This document shows, in pieces, positions 39,464-54,959 of a stretch of DNA of 64,000 nt (positions are counted from its first letter, which is position 1; every line of letters begins with the position of its first letter). The translations under genes were made by a program, and so were the position numbers. The notes under the pieces are model-generated. The model saw only the letters and a list, made by a program, of their open reading frames with translations. It had not been told where the DNA came from and searched no databases. This DNA is from Octopus vulgaris (lineage: Eukaryota): positions 24,242,001 to 24,306,000 of the forward strand of contig OX597841.1 of NCBI GenBank assembly GCA_951406725.2. Reading direction: 5' to 3'.

Positions 39464-40335
39464 TGTGTACGTGGCTGTACATGTGTGTATGTTGCTATGC
39501 ATGTGTGTGTGTGTGTGTGTATATGTGTGTGTGTATGTGGCTGTACATGTGTGTATGTTTCTATGCATGTGTGTGTGTTGCTATGCATGCGTATGTGTGT
39601 GTATGTGTGTGTGTACGTGGCTGTACATGTGTGTATGTTGCTATGCATGTGTGTGTGTGTGTGTATGCATATGTGTGTGTATGTGTGCGTGTACATGGCT
39701 GTACATGTGTGTATGTTGCTATGCATGTGTATGTGTGTGTGTGGCTGTGTATGTGTTACTGCGTGTGTGTTTGTTGCTATGTGTGTATAGGGATGTATGT
39801 GGCTGTGGTGTGTATGTGGCTGTACATGTGTGTGTGTGTGTACGTGGCTGTACATGTGTGTGTATGCGTGTGTGAGTGTGTGTATGTGTATGTGTGTGTA
39901 TGTGTGTGTATGTGTGTGTGGCTGTCTATCTGTTACTGTGTGTGTGTAAGGATGTATGTGTGTATGTGGCTCTGGTGTGTATGTGGCTGTACATGTGTGT
40001 GTGTTGCTATGCATGTGTAGAGATGTGTGTGTGTGTGTGTGTGAGTGTGTGTATGTGTATGTATGTGTATGTGTGTGCGTGGCTGTCTATCTGTTACTGT
40101 GTGTGTGTAAGGATGTATGTGTGTATGTGGCTGTGGTGTGTATATGGCTGTACATGTGTGTGTGTTGCTATGCATGTGTAGGGATGTGTGTGTGTGTGTG
40201 TGAGTGTGTGTATGTGTATGTATGTGTATGTGTGTGCGTGGCTGTCTATTTGTTACTGTGTGTGTGTAAGGATGTATGTGTGTATGGGGCTGTGGTGTGT
40301 ATATGGCTGTACATGTGTGTGTGTTGCTATGCATG
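38720..40335. repeat. TG-based minisatellite, reverse complement of 36240-38460 motifs (~60-bp and ~160-bp units)
   Basis: Recurring GGCTGTACATGTGTGTATGTTGCTATGCATG. Confidence 0.9.
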
Positions 40336-40349
40336 TTGAATGAATCAAC

Positions 40350-40475
40350 CTCAGTGCTTATTTTTGCCTTTAAAGCCTGGTTCTTATTCTATCAGTTTCT
40401 TTTGCCGAACTGCTAAGTAACAGGAACATAAACACACCAATACCGGTTGTCAACTGGTGGTGGGAGACAAACACA

Positions 40476-40545
<70 letters not shown>

Positions 40546-40570
40546 GACACAAACACACACACACGCACAT

Positions 40571-40603
<33 letters not shown>

Positions 40604-40630
40604 AACACACACACACATACACACACACAT

Positions 40631-40712
<82 letters not shown>

Positions 40713-40870
40713 ACACAATGGGCTTCTTTCAGTTTCTGTCTTCCAAACCCCTTCACAAGGCTTTGGTCAGCCTGAGGCTACAGGAGAAGACACTTGCCGA
40801 AGGTGCCACACAGTGGGACTGAACCCAGAGCCACGTGGTTAGGAAACAAACTGCTTACCACATAGCCATG
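40350..40870 (-). mobile_element. diverged family A SINE with expanded (CA)n
   Basis: Motif match. Confidence 0.75.
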
Positions 40871-40999
40871 CTATTCCAATCGGCTGCTATTTCTGAATTC
40901 CTTCCTTTTTTGGTCGCCATGCACCAAGTGTCAAAAATATATTACCACCACAACAATAACAAACTATGCCACCACCAGAACCACAATCAACATTCTTAC

Positions 41000-41396
41000 T
41001 CTTTTTCACTCTTTTACTTGTTTCAGTCATTTGACTGTGGCCATGCTGGAGCACCGCCTTTAATCGAGCAACTCGACCCCGGGACTTATTCTTTTGTAAG
41101 CCCAGTACTTATTCTATCGGTCTCGTTTTGCCGAACCGCTAAGTAACGGGGACATAAACACACCAGCATCAGTTGTCAAGCAATGCTAGGGAGACAAACA
41201 CAGACACACACACGCATATATATATATATACATATATACGACGGGCTTCTTTCAGTTTCCGTCTACCAAATCCACTCACAAGGCTTTCGTCGGCCCGAGG
41301 CAATAGTAGAAGACACTTGCCCAAGGTGCCACGCAGTGGGACTGAACCCGGAACCATGTGGCTGGTAAACAAGATACTTACCACACAGCCACTCCT
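41000..41396 (-). mobile_element. family A SINE
   Basis: Full match. Confidence 0.9.
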
Positions 41397-41644
41397 ATGT
41401 CACATTAACAACTATTTATAATAATAATAATAATAATAATAATAATTGTGTACAGTGCTCAGGTGCACTACAACTCATCTAAAGTCTATATATAATCAGG
41501 TGTAGTTTCGGCGGATTTCGGAAAGCATGAGGGCCTTCACAACTACAACACTGTCACCACCACAACACAACCACTGGTTTGACCATGAACACAATTACTT
41601 ACCTTCATAGCCACAATCACCAATACCATCTCTGCTACAACCCA

Positions 41645-42875
<1,231 letters not shown>

Positions 42876-42879
42876 ATAC

Positions 42880-42926
<47 letters not shown>

Positions 42927-42977
42927 CATATATAAATATATATATATACATATATATATATACATATATATATATAG

Positions 42978-43015
<38 letters not shown>

Positions 43016-43972
43016 CAAAGTTGAATTGTGGGGTATCGCACGAGTGGAATTATATACGAAAAAAGGTTTGAAAATGCAATTTAAAAGATGTTTATTTACT
43101 TTACCGATTTCACTCTTTGGAAAAAGATTGTCAAAAGTAACATGTGGAAGTTTATTGGTTGTTGCAAATTGCTACATTACATATATATATACAGTCTTTG
43201 GTAACAGGGACATGTTAAGAACATAAAAAAGTTCATAAAGTTCCTTAAAATATTGGGCACAAAAGATTACATAAATAATCGTTCTCAAGGACATACTTAA
43301 GATAGTTTCCAGAAGGAATTGATATTGGTACTGTATCTGTATATTCAAACATGCACAGAATATTGGTTGACACAGAGTACTATAATCCATATAAATATAC
43401 AGTCTTTGGTGACAACAGTATGTTGAGAATATAAAAAAGTTTAACATTGAAATAATGGGCAGAAAAGATTAAAACAAATATATTATACATCTCAGGGTAA
43501 TTTCCAGGAGGAATTATTAAAAAAAGTTCAGTATACACATACAGAATATTATGAGTTCAAAAAGATTTACATTATTATAGTGGTGAAGTTAGAACTAACC
43601 TGTCCATTTTAGGAGAAATGTGGAATTGAAAAGATGCCATGCAGTGGGACTGAACCCGGGACCATGTGGTTGGTTAGCAAGCTACTTACCACACAGCCAC
43701 TCCAGTGCCTATATGTATATATATTGTATGTATATATTTTATTAATCTGCCTGTGTGACTGCTATTCACTTGCCACTAGTGATGGTATTTTGATAACACC
43801 ATCCCTCTTGTAATTACTTATACATACATATAAATATATAAAGATACTTTTCAGTATATATGCTCACATACACACAGATATATGTGTATATGAGTAAATA
43901 TGTATGTGTGTGTGTGTATGCATAAGTATATGCCAATGCTTTTAGTTGTCTCTTTTGACATGGAAATTCGAA

Positions 43973-44065
<93 letters not shown>

Positions 44066-44080
44066 CTATATATACATATG

Positions 44081-44123
<43 letters not shown>

Positions 44124-44179
44124 AAAGATACAACTAAATGCATATATATATATATATATATATACATATATATATACAT

Positions 44180-44223
<44 letters not shown>

Positions 44224-44255
44224 TATATGTATATATATGTATGTATGTGTGTATG

Positions 44256-44286
<31 letters not shown>

Positions 44287-45408
44287 GTAGTCTTATATAT
44301 ATATGGTTTCAACATTGCATGTTATAAGAGGCAACTAAAAGCATTGGCATATGCATACACATATATATAATATGTGTGTGTGTGTGTGTGTGTGTGTATT
44401 CGTATATGTATCTTTGTACACATAAATAATCATTTATATAACAGAAATAACTAGTTTCTCGGACCTTAAAAGGTTTCCGCTAAATTGATATCATCCGTGA
44501 GACAAAATAACATTTAATATCACAATTTTGAAATACCAGAATAGTTCATTCACTGGTAGAGTTATTCCAGCAAAGCAATCAGTAAAAACCTAAAAGGAAG
44601 GTTCTAGAAAATTCCATGCTATGATTAAAATTATAAAACGTTTCTTCCGGGGTCAACTTTGCGTTTCACCCTTTTCGGAGTTGATAAAATAGGTACCAGT
44701 TGAACAATGGGGTCAATGTAATCAACTGAGCCCTTCACTGGAATTGCTGGCCTTGTGACAAAATTTGAAACCAGTCTGTTTTCTTTTTTCTTTTACTTGT
44801 TTCAGTTACTAGACTGTGGCCATGCTGGGGTACCAGCTCGAGGAATTTTTAGTTAATGGATCAATCCCAGTACTTACATTTTAAGACTGGTACTTATTCT
44901 ATTGTTACGAGAACGTAAACACACCAACACCAGTTGTCAAGCAGGGGGTGGGGTGGGGTGGGGGAAACAAACACAGACACAAACTCACATGATGGGCTTC
45001 TTTTAGCTTCCATCTACCAAATCCACTCACAAGGCTTTGGTCATCCCAAGGTGCCACACAGTGAGACTGAACCTGGAACCATGTGGTTGGTAAGCAAGCT
45101 ACTTACCACACAACCACTCCTGCGCTTAAAAAGCTATATTAAATCTCTGAGTGAGATATGAACAGTAGCAATACGGAATCATAGCATATAATTGCCAACC
45201 AAATGTGGCGTCCTATACGGGACAATGCTACTGTTGTTTATAGCCCCGGGAAGACATCTCTTCCAGCTGGATAATGACAGACAATCTGTGTTCGATTAGT
45301 ATTTGTGATGGGAGATCATTGCTCCCATCTCTAGCCTTATGTGATACACATGGACTCGAGTTTCTGGGTGGTTACCCGTTCACAGTGTGTGTTAATCAGC
45401 AGCTAGTG

Positions 45409-45594
<186 letters not shown>

Positions 45595-45595
45595 C

Positions 45596-45629
<34 letters not shown>

Positions 45630-45736
45630 CAAGGTAATAGACTCTCAAGATGTTAATCCATTTTTATCATGAAATCCTGTATTAATTATAAACCCTCTAT
45701 ATAGAGAGTTTATAGATAGATAGTTAGGTGGGTTGA

Positions 45737-45768
<32 letters not shown>

Positions 45769-45863
45769 TAGCCAGATAGATAGATAGATTATAAACTCTT
45801 TCTCTCTCTATATATATTTATACACATATATATATATACATACATATATATATATATATATAT

Positions 45864-46248
45864 ATGAATAAATGAAAGAATGGAGTCGAACGAAGATGTT
45901 AACAAAATTCCTTTACTCTCGACATATGTTTCGAAGACCACATGGTTTCATTCCAAAGGAATAAAGGGTGTATCATGCAATCTTCTCATCAGGAAAGGAA
46001 GGGAGCCTCTCTCGGCAACAAGACAAACAAAAATTTCGATGACTGCCTACATGGTAAACACAACGAGGCAGTCATAGAAATTTTTGTTTGTCTTTTTGCC
46101 GAGAGAGGCTCCCTTCCTTTCCTGATGAGAAGATTGCATCATACACCCTTTATTCCTTTGGAATGAAACTATGTGGTCTTCAACATATGTCGTGAGTAAA
46201 GGAATTTTATTAACATCTTCGTTCGACTCCATTCTTTCATTTATTCAT
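45864..46248. mobile_element. fold-back element with ~185-bp inverted arms beside (TA)n, hammerhead-bearing
   Basis: Arms 45864-46048 and 46066-46248; related truncated copy at about 46545-46705. Confidence 0.85.
45916..45997 (-). ncRNA. type-I hammerhead ribozyme, canonical core
   Basis: Minus strand CTTTC-CTGATGA-GAAGA..(long loop)..TCTTC-GAAA-CATATG-TC-GAGAG; palindromic stem III ACATATGT, GUC site. Confidence 0.85.
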
Positions 46249-46508
46249 ATATAACACACAAATTTCTGCAAATGAACCCGGAGTTTCTACCCTTGGACAG
46301 ATCGCTTCAACCGTGTTTCTGACGCGAATTTGCTACCCTGGTATCGGTTCAATGAATTTTCCATGCTGACGATAAACATAGGATAATTCATTCACCTATT
46401 GAAATCATCATCATCATCATTTAGCGTCCGCTTTCCATGCTAGCATGGGTTGGATGGTTCAACTGGGGTCTAACCCATGCTAGCATGGAAAGCGAACGCT
46501 AAATGATG

Positions 46509-46547
<39 letters not shown>

Positions 46548-46699
46548 TATATGAAAGAATGGAGTTTAATGACTAGTTAACAAATATCCTTTATTCTTGA
46601 CATATGTTTCGAAGGCTGCATATTCCTAATTCCTAATTTGCTACCCAGGTATCGGTTAGCTTTCGAATTATCCTTAATAAGATAATTCATTCAATTACT

Positions 46700-46751
<52 letters not shown>

Positions 46752-47220
46752 CAAGTGACCTTCTAACCCATGCCAACATGGAAAAGAAATGCATGTTAAG
46801 TGCTGCTGCTGCTGCTGCTGTTGATGATGATAAACAGTTCCATAAATATATTTACAACATATCACTTTAAACACTTATGCACAGTGACAAGTCTAGGCAC
46901 AAGATATATACACACACAGCTATTGACAGTGACAATCTCTGGGTCATGATGTTCAGATAAGAAATGTCAACGAAGGATAGAATATAAACAATGGATTAAC
47001 AAAACGCTCAGAATATCTGCAAAAAGCAAACAGAATGCACAAGGCTAATGCGATATCTGTAATTCTGTGTAGTTTGCAAAGAATCCATACAAAAGAAGCA
47101 GTACACGAGTAGGTATGATATATGCATCGACATGTATGGGCAGGTATGACTGAAAAAAAAATCTTTAAGTCTGTGGTTAAAACTATGTATAAATGCATGA
47201 GGATATCTATGTATGTGTGT

Positions 47221-47260
<40 letters not shown>

Positions 47261-47329
47261 ATGTATGTATGTATGTATGTATCTGCCTATCTATGTATGT
47301 ATGTATGTATCTATCTATCTATCTATCCA

Positions 47330-47360
<31 letters not shown>

Positions 47361-47378
47361 GTACCCATCTTTATATGC

Positions 47379-47420
<42 letters not shown>

Positions 47421-47463
47421 ATATATATATGTATCCATCTTTATATGTGTGTGTATGTGTGTG

Positions 47464-47503
<40 letters not shown>

Positions 47504-47508
47504 AATAC

Positions 47509-47684
<176 letters not shown>

Positions 47685-47746
47685 GTATATACATATATAT
47701 GTCGGTGCCCCAGCATGGCCACAGATCATGAGTGAAACTAGGAAAA

Positions 47747-47787
<41 letters not shown>

Positions 47788-48221
47788 GAGAGACAGATAG
47801 AAAGAGCGTGTGGGTGGAGAGGTCAAAATTAAATGTTAAATCTTCATATCATGCCTTCCTCTTGAGTTTGCAAACTTTAACACTTGTTTATCAATGTACA
47901 AACACTGCCTGTGCATGTGCATGCAAATGCATGCACATGTGCACGCATGCATACATGTGTGTGTGTGTGTATATGTATATTTAGACGTTTATTGACACAA
48001 CTGATATGCAAATTTTACAGTTTCTAAATGTAAATCGAAGGTTATACATTGGATATGATTTAAATTTTTATAAAGTTTATTAATATCTACATCCATTGAT
48101 CTATCTATATGTATATACATATAAATGTACATATATATGCATGTATATATGTATATATATGCATGCATGTATGTATGTATGTATGTATGTATGTATATAT
48201 GTGTATATATATATATATATG

Positions 48222-48625
48222 TAGCCAGTACCGCATAGACTGGCCTCCGTGCTTTGGGGACGTAACAAACACCATCCGATCGTGGCCGTCCGCCAGCCTC
48301 GTCTGGCACCTGTGTCGGTGGCACATAAAAACACCATCCGAGCGTGGCCGTCTGCCAGCCTCGTCTGGCACCTGTGTCGGTGGCACATAAAAACACCATC
48401 CGAGCGTGGCCGTTCGCCAGCCTCGTCTGGCACCTGTGTCGGTGGCACATAAAATCACCCACTACACTCTCGGAGTGGTTGGCGTTAGGAAGGGCATCCA
48501 GCTGTAGAAACACTGCCAGATCTGACTGGCCTGGTGCAGCCTTCGGGCTCCCCAGACCCCAGTTGAACCGTCCAACCCATGCTAGCATGGAAAACGGACG
48601 CTAAATGATGATGATGATGATGATG
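48222..48625 (+). mobile_element. family B with 3 internal ~61-bp units
   Basis: Motif match and (GAT)n tail. Confidence 0.85.
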
Positions 48626-49118
48626 TGACCAGCCAGCTACTACTGCCTTTTCGCATCAAGTAGTTAGTGTGACAACACGTATTTGTTTGCGTCCGTTGCC
48701 TTCAGGCACTTTTTCCACAGCCAGCCTATACTCAACTCGTCCCATCGAAAGACGCTTGTCCTGACGTCCTGGTTTTGTTATTATTGTTTTTACGTTATTT
48801 TGTATTCTTATTCGTGCTATCATTATTGTTTTTACGTATTTTTGAATTTTTTTTCGAGTAACATCGTCCGTTTTTCCGTCACCGTGTTGTATACTTTCGA
48901 GGTTTTCTTCCAAGGAATCTAATGCGATTGGCTTAGATTTCCCTTGGTGGGCTGCCCAGATTGGAGCAATCTCAAGATTAATCAGCCGAAATTGCGAAGA
49001 TGATCTGGTTCTTGACTGATGACTGAGAGCTTTGAAAGTCCCGTCTGTGCGTTTTTTTGTCGTCTTCTAAATGTTTCACATTCTTGTCCCAGTTTGTGTT
49101 TTTTTTTTTTTTTTTAAC

Positions 49119-49154
<36 letters not shown>

Positions 49155-49159
<5 letters not shown>

Positions 49160-49312
49160 CTCCAAACAAGAAAACACAAAAAAAACACACCAACGCGAGG
49201 ACGTGGAACAAATAAAGTATTATTGGACGCTCAGGAAAGAAGGGAAGAAGGAGGGTTTAACGTTTCGAGCGGAGCTCTTTATCGGAAACAAAGGAGAAGG
49301 AAAGATCCCGAG
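49155..49312 (-). mobile_element. family F element with decayed hammerhead
   Basis: Minus strand GTTT-CCGATAA-A-GAGC TCC GCTC-GAAA-CG-TT-AAAC at about 49254-49289. Confidence 0.65.
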
Positions 49313-49324
49313 AATATATATATT

Positions 49325-50078
49325 CTTTTATTTGCTTCAGTCATTTGACTGTGGCTATGCTGGAGCACCGCCTTTAGTTGAGCAAATCGACCAGAGGACT
49401 TATTCTTTGTAAGCCTAGTACTTATTCTATTGGTATCTCTTGCCAAACTGCTAAGTTACGGGGACGTAAACACACCAGCATTGGTTGTCAAGCGATGTTG
49501 CGGGGACAAACACAGACATACAAAGACACACACACACACATATATATATACAATAGGCTTCTTTCAGTTTCCGTCTACCAGATTCACTCACAAGGCTTTG
49601 GTCGACCTGAGGCTTCAGTAGAAGACACTTGCTCAAAGTGCCATGGAGAGGAACTGAACCCAGACTCATGTGATTGGAAGCAAGTTTCTAACCACACAGC
49701 CACATTTACACTTATGTATACTATATATAAGTATGTAGCGTGTGTGTATATATTTATAAATATTTCTATATATATACACATACTTGTGCATATAAAAGTC
49801 TCTTGTGTAGTTCCTGAATTTAACACATTTGTTACAATGGGCTTCTTTCAGTTTCCGTCTACCAGATTCACTCACAAAGCTTTGGTCGACCTGAGACTTC
49901 AGTAGAAGACACTTGCTCAAAGCTTCTAACCACACAGCCATATTTACACTTATGTATACTATATATAAGTATGCAGCATGTATGTATATATTTATAAATA
50001 TTTCTATATATATATACACACACTTGTGCATATAAAAGTCTCTTGTGTAGTTCCTGAATTTAACACATTTGTTACAAT
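49325..50078 (-). mobile_element. family A SINE plus tandem duplication of its head and flank
   Basis: 49556-49838 repeated, with a deletion, at 49840-50078. Confidence 0.8.
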
Positions 50079-50429
50079 GCTATATTCAATGTTGTCCACT
50101 TACTTGCACGATTACAATAAAAAGAGGACGCAACAAAACAGACAAGATTGTCACTTATAAGAACACATCTGATCATAGAAAGGTCGGCAGAATCAGGTTA
50201 GTCTCGCGGCTAAATAACAGCAACAACAACAACTAGTGCCATTGAAACCCACTTCACCACCAGACAACTACCAACAGTACAACACAAGGCAACGGTCATT
50301 GTCGTCGATGAGGTTTTAGAAATAGATGCCTTAGAAATACAGGAAACATGATAGAAGATTCACAGATCAGAAGGTATATTTATAGACAAATACTCACAGA
50401 AAGATAAATGTAGGTATGTACTTGTGTGC

Positions 50430-50460
<31 letters not shown>

Positions 50461-50499
50461 GTATATATAGAGTGTATATGTATCTACATAAGTTCATAT

Positions 50500-50537
<38 letters not shown>

Positions 50538-50654
50538 ATATATATAGTGTATATAAAGTATATATGTATCTACATAAATTCATATCCGTATATGTATGTA
50601 TGTATGTATGTATGTATATGTATATGTATACATATATGTGTGTGTGTATATACT

Positions 50655-51320
50655 CTTACTCTCTTTTTACTCTTTTACTTGTTTCAGTCAGTTGACTGCG
50701 GCCACGCTGGAGCACCACGTTTAGTCGAGCAACTCGACCCCGGGACTTATTCTTTGTAAGCCCAGTACTTATTGCATCAGTCTCTTTTTGCTGAACCGCT
50801 AAGTGACGGGAACATAAACACACCAGCATCGGTTGTCAAGCAATGCTAGGGAGACAAACATACACGCACACATATATATATATATATATATACATATATA
50901 CGACGGGCTTCTTTCAGTTTCCATCTACCAAATCCACTCACAAGGCTTTGGTCGGCCCGAGGCTATAGTAGAAGACACTTACCCAAGGTGCCACGCAGTG
51001 GGTCTGAACCCGGAACCATGTGGTTGGTAAGTAAGCTACTTACCACACAGCCACTCCTGTGTATATATGTGTATATATGTGTATATATGTATATATTTTT
51101 TTATTCCTATACTTGTTTCAGTCATTTGACTGTGGCCATGCTGGAACACTGCCTTAAAGGGTTTTGGTAAAAAAAAATGACTCCAGGACTTATTCTTTGT
51201 GAGCCTACTACTTATACTATTGCTCTCTTTTGCCAAACTGCTAAGTTATGGGGGCATAAACACATCACCATTGATTGTTAAGTGATGGTGGGAGACAAAC
51301 ACAGACACACACACACAAAC
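50655..51320 (-). mobile_element. two family A SINE copies
   Basis: 50655-51060 full length, 51105-51320 partial. Confidence 0.85.
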
Positions 51321-51345
51321 ATAAATAAATACATACATAAATATA

Positions 51346-52123
<778 letters not shown>

Positions 52124-52286
52124 TATATATATGTGTCTGTGTGTGTGTATATATATACACACACACACACAACAGTCTTCCTTCTGTTTCTAATCCCTAC
52201 ATATCTCACATCTATTTTCTTTCCTCCACCCCACTCTATTTTGTATCACATCTAAACTAACTATAACTTAACCATCCTCCCACACC

Positions 52287-52338
52287 GTTTCCGATGAAGG
52301 GGTATAATTAATATATATCCTCGAAACAGCTGTAAGAC
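52287..52338 (+). ncRNA. hammerhead motif with U4-to-C variant
   Basis: GTTT-CCGATGA-A-GGGGTATA..TATATCCTC-GAAA-CAGCTG-TA-AGAC; palindromic ACAGCTGT. Confidence 0.65.
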
Positions 52339-52420
52339 TTTCTTTCTATAAATGTTCTAATATCTACACAGCCTTGGTTTTTTATCGCATTATGCAAAAA
52401 ATTCTCATATGATATATATA

Positions 52421-52878
52421 TAGGCGCAGGAGTGGCTGTGTGGTAAGTAGCTTCCTAACCAATCACATGGTTCCGGGTTCAGTCCCACTGCGTGGCATCT
52501 TGGGCAAGTGTCTTCTGCTATAGCCCCAGGCTGACCAATGCCTTGTGAGTGGATTTGGTAGACGGAAAGAGCTATTAAGTTAGACATGGCCTGGGCCAAT
52601 AATGGCCGAAACCTATCAAAGTATCAAAGTATCAAAGTATATATGTATATGTGTGTATGTGTTTATGTTTGTGTGTCTGTGTTTGTCCCCCTAGCATTGC
52701 TTGACAACCGATGCTGGTGTGTTTACGTCCCCGTCACTTAGCGGTTTGGCAAAAGAGACCGATCGAATAAGTACTGGGCTTACACATAATAAGTCCCGGG
52801 GTCGATTTGCTCGACTAAAGGCGGTGCTCCAGCATGGCCGCGGTCAAATGACTGAAACAAGTAAAAGAGTAAAAGAGT
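52421..52878 (+). mobile_element. family A SINE with an internal insertion
   Basis: Insert at about 52570-52640 ends in (ATCAAAGT)3. Confidence 0.85.
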
Positions 52879-53544
52879 ATATATAGATGTGTGTATATTA
52901 TATCCAAACACACACTCACATACAGACACACACACATGCACATACACACACAAAACATACAAATACACACACATACATACTATTGGAAGGAGAGTAAAAT
53001 AAATAATTACTATGAATGAACAAAATGGAATTACAATTATGAGCTGGATAATCACACCTTCAAACGAGAGACAAATAGCTGGATTATACAATTATTACTG
53101 CAAGGCAGATATAATACTGAAACTGGTTGTAGAAGTATCATAAATGTTTATCCAGCTAATAATAATATCTTTTATCTCTTACTTGTTCAAGTCATTAGAC
53201 TGTGGTCATACTGGAGCACCACCTTAAAGTGTTTTAGTCAAACAAAATCGACACCTGGGTTTATTTCTTTTTATAAGCTTGGTATTTATTCTATTGATCC
53301 TGCTAAGTTATAGGGATGTAAGCACACCAACACCGGTTGTTAAGCAGTGGTGGTAGGACAAACACACATAAGGACATATGGCTGACCACATAGTGGTTTT
53401 TTAACCCTTTAAATATACACATGTATTAGAATTTTCTCTGATTTTTCAGATTCTAGTATGCTAGGCTACTGGTTTTAAATTGATATTAATTAAATTAATA
53501 TTCAATTTATCTCCCTCTTTACTTAAATATATATATATATATTA

Positions 53545-53865
53545 TATTGAATTAGAGATAAAACCACTATTAGGCAAATCATACAATGAAAAACTTAAGC
53601 CAATACATAAGATTATTTAATTTATATTATTTAAATATATAACAAAATTATTAAAAAAATATAATTAATATAACACTACGATCGTTTCATTTCTGTTAAT
53701 TTCTTTAAATTTTCGACTTACAGTCATTCATCAGGTGGTTTAAATATTTAACTTGGCGAGGTTTTCTAATTTAATATAATATAATATTTTACTATAAAAT
53801 TGGATTCAATATTAAATCTGATTTTTCCTTGTAAGTTTGGATTTATTCCCTAATATTTATTATAT
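53545..53865 (-). mobile_element. AT-rich hammerhead-bearing element
   Basis: Starts at (TA)n; end ATTTATTCCCTAATATTTATTATAT recurs at about 3470-3530. Confidence 0.65.
53671..53741 (-). ncRNA. type-I hammerhead ribozyme, canonical core
   Basis: Minus strand CAC-CTGATGA-AT GA CTGT..ACAG AA AT-GAAA-CGATCG-TA-GTG; palindromic ACGATCGT, GUA site. Confidence 0.75.
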
Positions 53866-54165
53866 CATCATCATCATCATCATCGTTTAACGTCCGTTCT
53901 CCATGCTAGCATGGGTTGGACGGTTCGACCGGGGATCTGGGAAGCCAGAAGGCTGCACCAGGCTCCAGTCTTATCTGGCAGTGTTTCTACAGCTGGATGC
54001 CCTTCCTAATGCCAACCACTCCATGAGTGTAGTGCGTGCTTTTTACGTGCCACCTGCACAGGTGCCAGGCGAGGCTGGCAACGGCCACGGTCGGATTGGT
54101 GTATTTTATGTGCCACCGGCACGGAAGCCAGACGAGGCGGTGCTGGCATCGGCCACGAGTCGGAT
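53866..54165 (-). mobile_element. family B
   Basis: Motif match. Confidence 0.85.
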
Positions 54166-54527
54166 ATATATATATATATATATACATAAATATGCGCTGG
54201 GATTCTTTCAGTTTCTTTCTGTCATATCCACCCACAAGGCTTTGGTCAACCTCAGGTTGAAGACACTTACTCAAGATGCCACACAGTGGAACTGAACTTG
54301 CAACCATGTGGTTAGGAATATATATATATATATATATATAATAATAATAATGTCTGGAAAGCGAACAATGTATGAGACAGATACATGCTTGTGTGTGTAT
54401 GGAGGGGAGAAAATCAGGTGTAGTGTTGGTGAATCTCAGAAAGCATGGAAGTTTTGAGCGCTATACTAATACATCTGTTTGCTTGTACACCACCTACCTT
54501 CGTCTTTTGTTTATTTTCGTAAAATTT

Positions 54528-54606
<79 letters not shown>

Positions 54607-54959
54607 TAAAAAGAGATCTGCATAGGTCTAAACCACTAAGAATTGTTCTCCAGAAAATTCACCACATCAGAAACCTAAGCAAGCCATATATATATACATA
54701 TATATATACATATACACATACACACACACATACATACAGGTGTGTGTATTTTACAGAACAATAACAGCTAATCCTCCCATTAGAAGAGAATTCTAATTTT
54801 ATCCCAGATTACTTTCTGTCAACATGTAATCCAGCGTAGATTAACTGACTTGTATAGATGCTTTGCCTTTAATGTGTGATTTCGGTTACTGACACAAATC
54901 TATTGTATAAGGTACAGAATGAAGGTTAGCGAGGATGGAGGTTTTAGTATGTCGTCAGC

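Noticed and set aside
44445-44500. Minus-strand CGGATGA...GAAA-CTAG-TT hammerhead-like string
   Set aside because: Core mutated and no stem I pairing; at most a decayed relic
49005-49050. CTGATGA...GAAA motif (relative on minus strand at about 61890-61940 reads CTGAAGA...GAAT)
   Set aside because: Could not form stems I and III or place an NUH site; possibly a decayed element end, left unresolved
50103-50330. Possible minus-strand exon (polypyrimidine-AG acceptor and GTAAGT donor)
   Set aside because: No convincing open frame or recognisable protein; a non-coding exon cannot be supported without RNA data
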